A DNA stretch of 64,000 nucleotides, from positions 928,001-992,000 of the forward strand of contig CAWBOS010000012.1 of the NCBI GenBank assembly GCA_963790475.1, read 5' to 3'. The notes under the pieces were generated by a model, which was not told the DNA's origin, ran no database searches, and saw only the letters and a list, made by a program, of their open reading frames with translations. Positions 58,734-64,000 of this stretch are shown here, in pieces. The first letter of the stretch is position 1; each line of letters begins with the position of its first letter. Position numbers and translations under genes: made by a program. Source of the DNA: an uncultured delta proteobacterium. Its GTDB lineage: Bacteria; Desulfobacterota; RBG-13-43-22.

Positions 58734-59525
58734 GTGAAAAAGATCTGTAAAGACCTGGAGGATGAATACGAGGCCCTGGATGCCATTGTATCGGGACTGG
58801 ATGAGGCAGGCTGGGAAACCAAAACTTCTTTTTTTGAATGGACGGTGAAAGACGAGATCGCCCATATTGCCTTCTTCGACGGCACGGCGAGATTGTCGAC
58901 CACCGATCCTGAGGCATTCAATGAACATGTCAAAGCCCTTTTCGGCGGCAAGGTCGAAGCTTTCGACCAGCTGAACACCTTGAAGAAAATGGCCTATCCC
59001 GATCTGCTCCAATACTGGCGCGAAGAAAGGACCGCCCTGGTCAACGCCCTGTCGCGCCTGGGTCAGAAGGACCGGCTGCCCTGGTACGGGCCGTCCATGT
59101 CCGCCGTATCCTTTGCCACCGCCCGCCTGATGGAAGCGTGGGCCCACGGTCAGGATGTGGCGGACGCCCTTGGTGTAAGCCGGCCGGCCACGGACCGACT
59201 CTATCACATCGCCCACCTCGGTAATATCACCTATAGCTGGAGCTTCACCAATCGTCAGATGGAGGCCCCCCGGGTCCCGGTCCGTGTCGAACTTACCAGC
59301 CCTTCCGGTGAGCTGTGGATCCGGGGACCCGAAGAAGCGCGGGACATTATCCGGGGCAGCGTGTTAGGTTTCTGTCTTGTGGTGACCCAACGCCGGCACT
59401 TCGCGGATACCGACTTGGTCATAACCGGGGATGCTGCGGAAAAATGGATGTCCGTGGCTCAATGCTTTGCCGGTCCTCCGGAGACGGGACCGGAACCCGG
59501 GAAATTTCCCAAAATGGGCGCCTGA
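58734..59525 (+). CDS. TIGR03084-like metal-binding protein (MDMPI/DinB-like superfamily)
   Basis: WTVKDEIAH, PWYGPSMS..SFATARLMEAWAHGQD, FCLVVTQRRH, AQCFAGPP. Confidence 0.88.
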   Translation: MKKICKDLEDEYEALDAIVSGLDEAGWETKTSFFEWTVKDEIAHIAFFDGTARLSTTDPEAFNEHVKALFGGKVEAFDQLNTLKKMAYPDLLQYWREERTALVNALSRLGQKDRLPWYGPSMSAVSFATARLMEAWAHGQDVADALGVSRPATDRLYHIAHLGNITYSWSFTNRQMEAPRVPVRVELTSPSGELWIRGPEEARDIIRGSVLGFCLVVTQRRHFADTDLVITGDAAEKWMSVAQCFAGPPETGPEPGKFPKMGA

Positions 59526-59584
59526 ACCACATTATTTTAGCAGGAAGCACTATGGCGTAAATATTTTGCTCCTATGCCTTCAAA

Positions 59585-59680
59585 CGTCATTCCGGCAGGT
59601 TTTAAGCCGGAATCCAGTGACTTTGATTTCCTATTTCTTTGAAAAACCCGGATTCCCGATAAAGACATTCGGGAATGACG
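59585..59680. repeat. REP-like inverted pair
   Basis: CGTCATTCCGGCAGGTTTTAAGCCGGAATCCAG ... CCGGATTCCCGATAAAGACATTCGGGAATGACG. Confidence 0.75.
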
Positions 59681-59713
59681 AAAAAAGTGTTGCTATAGTA
59701 ATAAGGAAATTTC

Positions 59714-61081
59714 ATGTTTAAAAAAATCCTAGTGGCCAACAGGGGAGAGATCGCCCTCAGGGTCATCCGCGCCTGCAAGGAGCTGGGCATTTCCTGCGTC
59801 GCCGTGTACTCGGAGGCCGACGCCTCGTCCCTCCATACCCGGTTGGCCGATGAGCGGGTATTGATCGGACCTCCCCAAAACGCCAAGAGCTATCTGAGCA
59901 TTGAAAACATTCTGGCTGCGGCCAGGGAAACGGGCGCGGACGCCATCCATCCCGGCTATGGCTACCTGGCCGAAAACGAGGAATTCGCTCTGGCCTGTGA
60001 AGCCCAGGGCCTTGTATTTATCGGGCCGACCCCCGAAAACCTGCGAATGGCCGGGGATAAGATCGCCGGGAAATTAATTATGCGCCAGGCAGGTGTGCCG
60101 GTCATTCCCGGCGGTGACGGCTTGGTGAAAAATATCGATGAAGCGCTTCGTATCAGCCTGGAAGTGGGATACCCGGTGGTGATCAAGGCGGCCGGGGGAG
60201 GTGGAGGACGGGGGATTCGCATTTGCGCCACGGAAGAGACTCTGGCCGAAGAATTCCCGGTGGCCGGGATGGAAGCAGGGGCCGCTTTTGGAAACAAGGG
60301 GCTATACATCGAAAAATTCATCGTCCAGCCCCGGCATATTGAGTTCCAGATCTTGGCCGATTCCTTCGGAAACATCTGTCATCTCGGTGAGCGCGAATGC
60401 AGCATTCAACGCCGCTTTCAGAAACTCATCGAGGAATCCCCTTCGCCCAGACTGACTTCGAAACTCCGGAAGGTTATGGGTGAAGCGGCCATAACCGCGG
60501 CCAGGGCCATCAACTATGTCAACGCCGGGACCGTGGAGTTCCTGGTGGACCATGAGGACCACTTTTATTTCATGGAAATCAACGCCCGTATTCAGGTCGA
60601 GCATCCGGTGACCGAACTGACCACCGGCATCGATCTGGTCAAGGAGCAAATAAGAATCGCTTCCGGTGAGCGGCTGGATTATTCCTTTGAGGATCTCAAC
60701 CTCAGGGGCTGGGCCATCGAGTGCCGGATCAATGCCGAGGACCCGGACCGGGGTTTCCTGCCTTCTCCGGGCACAGTCGAACGATACCAACCTCCTGGAG
60801 GATACGGGGTCCGTCTGGATACCCATCTTTACCAGGGCTATGAGCTGCCTATCTATTACGATTCGCTGATTGCCAAACTCGTTACCTTTGATGCCACCAG
60901 GAGCGGTGCGATTCAGGTGATGAAAAGGGCCCTGGAGGAGTTCAAGATCGAACCGCTTAAGACCACAATCCCCCTTTACCGTCGAATCATGGAGGACGCT
61001 GATTTCCAGCGAGGTGAATTCACCACCGATTATATCAAAAAGTTCGTTCCTGATAATGAGGATGATGAGGATGAGGACTAA
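59714..61081 (+). CDS. accC: biotin carboxylase
   Basis: KKILVANRGEIALR, IHPGYGYLAEN, KAAGGGGGRG, RECSIQRR, EINARIQVEHPVTE, RINAED, YDSLIAKL. Confidence 0.96.
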   Translation: MFKKILVANRGEIALRVIRACKELGISCVAVYSEADASSLHTRLADERVLIGPPQNAKSYLSIENILAAARETGADAIHPGYGYLAENEEFALACEAQGLVFIGPTPENLRMAGDKIAGKLIMRQAGVPVIPGGDGLVKNIDEALRISLEVGYPVVIKAAGGGGGRGIRICATEETLAEEFPVAGMEAGAAFGNKGLYIEKFIVQPRHIEFQILADSFGNICHLGERECSIQRRFQKLIEESPSPRLTSKLRKVMGEAAITAARAINYVNAGTVEFLVDHEDHFYFMEINARIQVEHPVTELTTGIDLVKEQIRIASGERLDYSFEDLNLRGWAIECRINAEDPDRGFLPSPGTVERYQPPGGYGVRLDTHLYQGYELPIYYDSLIAKLVTFDATRSGAIQVMKRALEEFKIEPLKTTIPLYRRIMEDADFQRGEFTTDYIKKFVPDNEDDEDED

Positions 61082-61087
61082 AAACCA

Positions 61088-61174
61088 AGTTCGGAGTCCT
61101 GAGTTCGGTGTTCGGAGTTAAGGGAAAAATGTTCAAGTCTTGTTATTTTGCTCCGAACTAATTACTCCGAACTC
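61088..61174. repeat. inverted heptamer repeat (GTTCGGA/TCCGAAC type)
   Basis: agttcgg agtcctg agttcgg tgttcgg agtt ... ctccgaa ctaatta ctccgaa ctc. Confidence 0.7.
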
Positions 61175-61249
61175 TAAGCTTGAGTCACAACTCTAAGCCC
61201 ATGAAACCTCGAAACCTTGAACCTACTTTTAAACTTATGGAGAAAAGTT

Positions 61250-62038
61250 ATGGCTGAGACTAAGGAAGTCTTATATGAAGTCAAGGACCGCATTGCCACT
61301 ATCACCCTCAACCGGCCCGATAAGCGTAATTCGATCAACGCCGGTATCACAGTCGGCGTGACCTTGGGTCTTGATCAAGCCGACCAGGACCCTGCTGTGT
61401 CGGCCGTCATCCTGAACGGAGCCGGCGGTCATTTCTGCTCCGGGGCCGATCTCGGCGGAGGCGGCTTTTCAGGCCAGCAATCCTTCCTGGAAGTGCACGA
61501 GGGCCGGGGGCAATTCACTCAATTGCTTCTGAAAATGAACCAGTGCCGAAAGCCCATTCTGGCCGCTGTCGAGGGCTATTGCCTGGCCGGTGGTATGGGC
61601 CTGTGCCTGTCGAGCGATATCGTTATCGCCAGCGAAGACGCCCAATTCGGCACTCCTGAAATCAAGCGCGGCCTGTGGCCCTACATGGTCACCGCGGTCT
61701 TGATTCGTAATCTGGGCCGAAAAAAAGCCTTAGAGCTGTGTATGACGGGGGATAGAATACCTGCGGCGGAGGCCGAACGTATCGGTATGATCAATTATGT
61801 CGTTCCTAAGGCCGAATTCAAGGACAGAGTAGGCCAAATGGCCAAAAAACTGGCCTCCTTCAGCCCCGCGGTTATGGGACTGGGCAAACGGTCTTTTTAC
61901 CAGATGGCCGACATGACCGTCGAAGATGCCTTGGAATATTTGAAATGCCAGCTCACCATCAATGCTCAAACCGAGGATATCATGGAAGGGGTGCGCGCTT
62001 TTCTGGAAAAACGGGATCCCCAGTGGAAGGGGAGGTAA
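61250..62038 (+). CDS. enoyl-CoA hydratase/isomerase (single-Glu type, LiuC/AtuE-like pattern)
   Basis: ITLNRPDKRNS, FCSGADL, LAGGMGL (first Glu absent), FGTPE, EGVRAFLEKR. Confidence 0.92.
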   Translation: MAETKEVLYEVKDRIATITLNRPDKRNSINAGITVGVTLGLDQADQDPAVSAVILNGAGGHFCSGADLGGGGFSGQQSFLEVHEGRGQFTQLLLKMNQCRKPILAAVEGYCLAGGMGLCLSSDIVIASEDAQFGTPEIKRGLWPYMVTAVLIRNLGRKKALELCMTGDRIPAAEAERIGMINYVVPKAEFKDRVGQMAKKLASFSPAVMGLGKRSFYQMADMTVEDALEYLKCQLTINAQTEDIMEGVRAFLEKRDPQWKGR

Positions 62039-62211
62039 AATTCAGCGTTCAGCGTTCGGCGTTCGGTGAAAACCCATTTTCAGTATTTCACTTTCATGCA
62101 ATTTCAGGGGACTACGAAGCATGAAAAATCCCCCCCTCCCTAACCCCCTCCGAGGGGTCTGCGGGGCGGCAGGGGCAGGGGTGGCTTTTTTCGTATTAAA
62201 GGAGGACTAAC

Positions 62212-62970
62212 ATGGAAAATGAAATAAAAGAATTTGAAACCATCATCTATGAGAAGAAGGGAAAGATAGCCAGTATTACCCTGAACCGGCCGGAGAAGCA
62301 TAACGCCCTCAGTTATCAGCTGCTTGATGACCTTGATGCCTCCCTGGATTATGCCGAAGCGGATGAAAGCACCAATGTTCTGATTTTGAAGGCCAACGGT
62401 AAAAGTTTCTGCTCCGGTTTTGATTTAAAGGGGAGTTATTATCTTACTCCCCCCGAAGGCGGATGGAAGTATAGAAGTTCCTATAATATCCTGAATAAAA
62501 AAATTTATGCCAAGTACACCAGAATCTTTAACTTTCCGAGGGTCACTATTGCCCAGGTCCATGCCCGCTGTACCGATGCCGGTTGCTACCTCCAACTCTC
62601 CTGCGATATTACCATCGCCGCTGAGGATGCCGTGTTCGGTCACCCGGCGCAACGCTGGGGCGGTTCCCAATCTACCCCTCTATGGCAGCTTTATCTCGGC
62701 GCTAAAAAGGCCCGCTATCTGTTGATGTCCGGCCGTCTGATCAACGGAAAACAAGCCGCCGACATGGGATTGGTCAGCCTGAGTGTCCCGGGTGATAAAC
62801 TCGAGGAAGAGGTTAACACCCTGGCGGCAGAGATCGCTGCCATTCCCCGTGACGGGGCCCTGCACAACAAAATCGCCATGAACACCGACCTTAAAATTTT
62901 GGGGGTGGATGCCCTTTTCGACTATTACGGTCAGATGAATCGCTACACCCGGTTCATAAATAAAGAGTGA
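62212..62970 (+). CDS. crotonase-family protein lacking the usual catalytic glutamates
   Basis: ITLNRPEKHNAL, FCSGFDL, CTDAGCYL..SCD, FGHPAQRWGG. Confidence 0.9.
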   Translation: MENEIKEFETIIYEKKGKIASITLNRPEKHNALSYQLLDDLDASLDYAEADESTNVLILKANGKSFCSGFDLKGSYYLTPPEGGWKYRSSYNILNKKIYAKYTRIFNFPRVTIAQVHARCTDAGCYLQLSCDITIAAEDAVFGHPAQRWGGSQSTPLWQLYLGAKKARYLLMSGRLINGKQAADMGLVSLSVPGDKLEEEVNTLAAEIAAIPRDGALHNKIAMNTDLKILGVDALFDYYGQMNRYTRFINKE

Positions 62971-63114
62971 TCGGAAGATAGGGTTTGAAATTCCAGGATT
63001 CGAGGGTTCAAGGGTTTTCACGCCTTTCGACAATCCCATATTTTTATAGATCAGCAGGATCGAGGGGACCGGCTATTTTTGTACTAAGCCAGCTTGTTTG
63101 AAAAGGAGTTGAAA

Positions 63115-64000
63115 ATGACTATCACCTCGAGGTTTATTTTAGTTTTGTTGCTAACGCTATCTTTTTTTAACGGATTCGGTATCCCGACTTCTTCAAATCC
63201 CCTCTTAGGATTCACTTTGGCCGCGCAGAAAGACGGAGTTCTGGGTCAAGGGGAATACACGGGTAAATACTGGCCGACCAAGGAATGGAGAGAGTGCCGG
63301 CCTGAAGCCGTTGGTCTGAATTCGGAAAAACTGCGTCAGGCCATTGAATATGCGGCCACATCCGCTTTCAATACGGATGGACTGGTCATTATCCGCAAGG
63401 GATACATCGTCGGTGAGGCCTATTTCGGTAACTTTAAAATCGATTCGCGACATGTCAGCCACTCGATGGCCAAAAGTTTTACCGGCACCCTGGTGGGCAT
63501 CGCCATTGATAAAGGACTAATTAAGGATATCGATGAAAAAATCTGCCAATATTACAAGGAATGGGATTGTAACAAAAAGGACGATTTTCGAAGCCGGATT
63601 ACCATTCGCCACGCCATGACCCTGACTTCGGGACTCGAATGGCAGGAGAACTGGTCCAGATGGGATCCGGCCACCAACGATGCCTTGAAAATGGGCCAAA
63701 GCGGGCATTACCTGAAATATATGGCCCAAAGGAAAGGGCTTTATGAACCCGGTCAGCGGTTTTATTATTCCACGGGTGATCCCATGCTCCTGTCCCGGGT
63801 TATCCAGGAAGCCACCGGAATGACGGCCTTTGAATTCGCTCGAAAAAATCTTTTTTCGCCTTTAAATATGACCAATATCAACTGGGAAAAAGACCAAGAC
63901 GGTTACACGGCAACGGCCTGGGGACTGCAAACCACTGTGCGGGACTTTGCCAAATTCGGTTTCCTGTTTCTCAATAAAGGCCGCTGGGAGGACAAACAAA
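63115..64000 (+). CDS. exported serine hydrolase, beta-lactamase family (3' end outside the window; not in the ORF track)
   Basis: AAGGAG RBS, ATG 63115, hydrophobic N-terminus, SMAKS (SxxK), ITIRHAMTLTSG, PGQRFYYST; frame open to the window end. Confidence 0.9.
   Translation, partial: MTITSRFILVLLLTLSFFNGFGIPTSSNPLLGFTLAAQKDGVLGQGEYTGKYWPTKEWRECRPEAVGLNSEKLRQAIEYAATSAFNTDGLVIIRKGYIVGEAYFGNFKIDSRHVSHSMAKSFTGTLVGIAIDKGLIKDIDEKICQYYKEWDCNKKDDFRSRITIRHAMTLTSGLEWQENWSRWDPATNDALKMGQSGHYLKYMAQRKGLYEPGQRFYYSTGDPMLLSRVIQEATGMTAFEFARKNLFSPLNMTNINWEKDQDGYTATAWGLQTTVRDFAKFGFLFLNKGRWEDKQ

Noticed and set aside
59553-59570. TGGCG...TTGCT as a sigma-54 promoter before accC
   Set aside because: Spacing is GG-N12-GC, not the required N10.
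3345-63016. Intergenic repeats as a CRISPR array
   Set aside because: Copies are dispersed or directly tandem, there are no regularly sized unique spacers, and no cas genes are present.
63266-63285. YWPTK shared between the serine hydrolase and both binding proteins
   Set aside because: Only five residues, and YWPT-like starts are common in this hydrolase family; treated as coincidence.

Overview
Bacterial chromosomal window, most likely from an anaerobic Desulfobacterota/deltaproteobacterium (inferred from gene content; no database search was run). It has two parts. (1) 1-26.3 kb is mostly housekeeping: the dnaX 3' end, gatB-mtnA-heptose kinase-ugd-DUF4416, yicC-remA-gmk, pgeF, pyrK-pyrD, menA and tkt, with a few accessory genes and gene stubs. 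(2) 26.8-64 kb is a co-oriented (+ strand) catabolic cluster running off the window end: a double-TetR regulator, an Opp/Dpp-type ABC importer with two paralogous binding proteins carrying an unusual charged helical insertion, a large DUF362-like protein, CoA ligase, acyl-CoA dehydrogenases, an OYE-family reductase, crotonases, an SCP2-type thiolase, an acetoacetate-decarboxylase-family protein, a beta-keto-acid cleavage enzyme and a biotin-dependent carboxylase. The strongest candidate for an undescribed system is that carboxylase. Its two adjacent full-length carboxyltransferase genes each keep only one of the two oxyanion-hole motifs, in complementary fashion, which suggests an obligate heteromeric enzyme in an unknown pathway for a bulky or branched lipid-like substrate. 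Most intergenic spacers hold REP/MITE-like palindromes or inverted 7-9-mer tandem repeats, including a nested insertion with a 3-bp target duplication. No rRNA, tRNA, CRISPR array or transposase gene was recognised.
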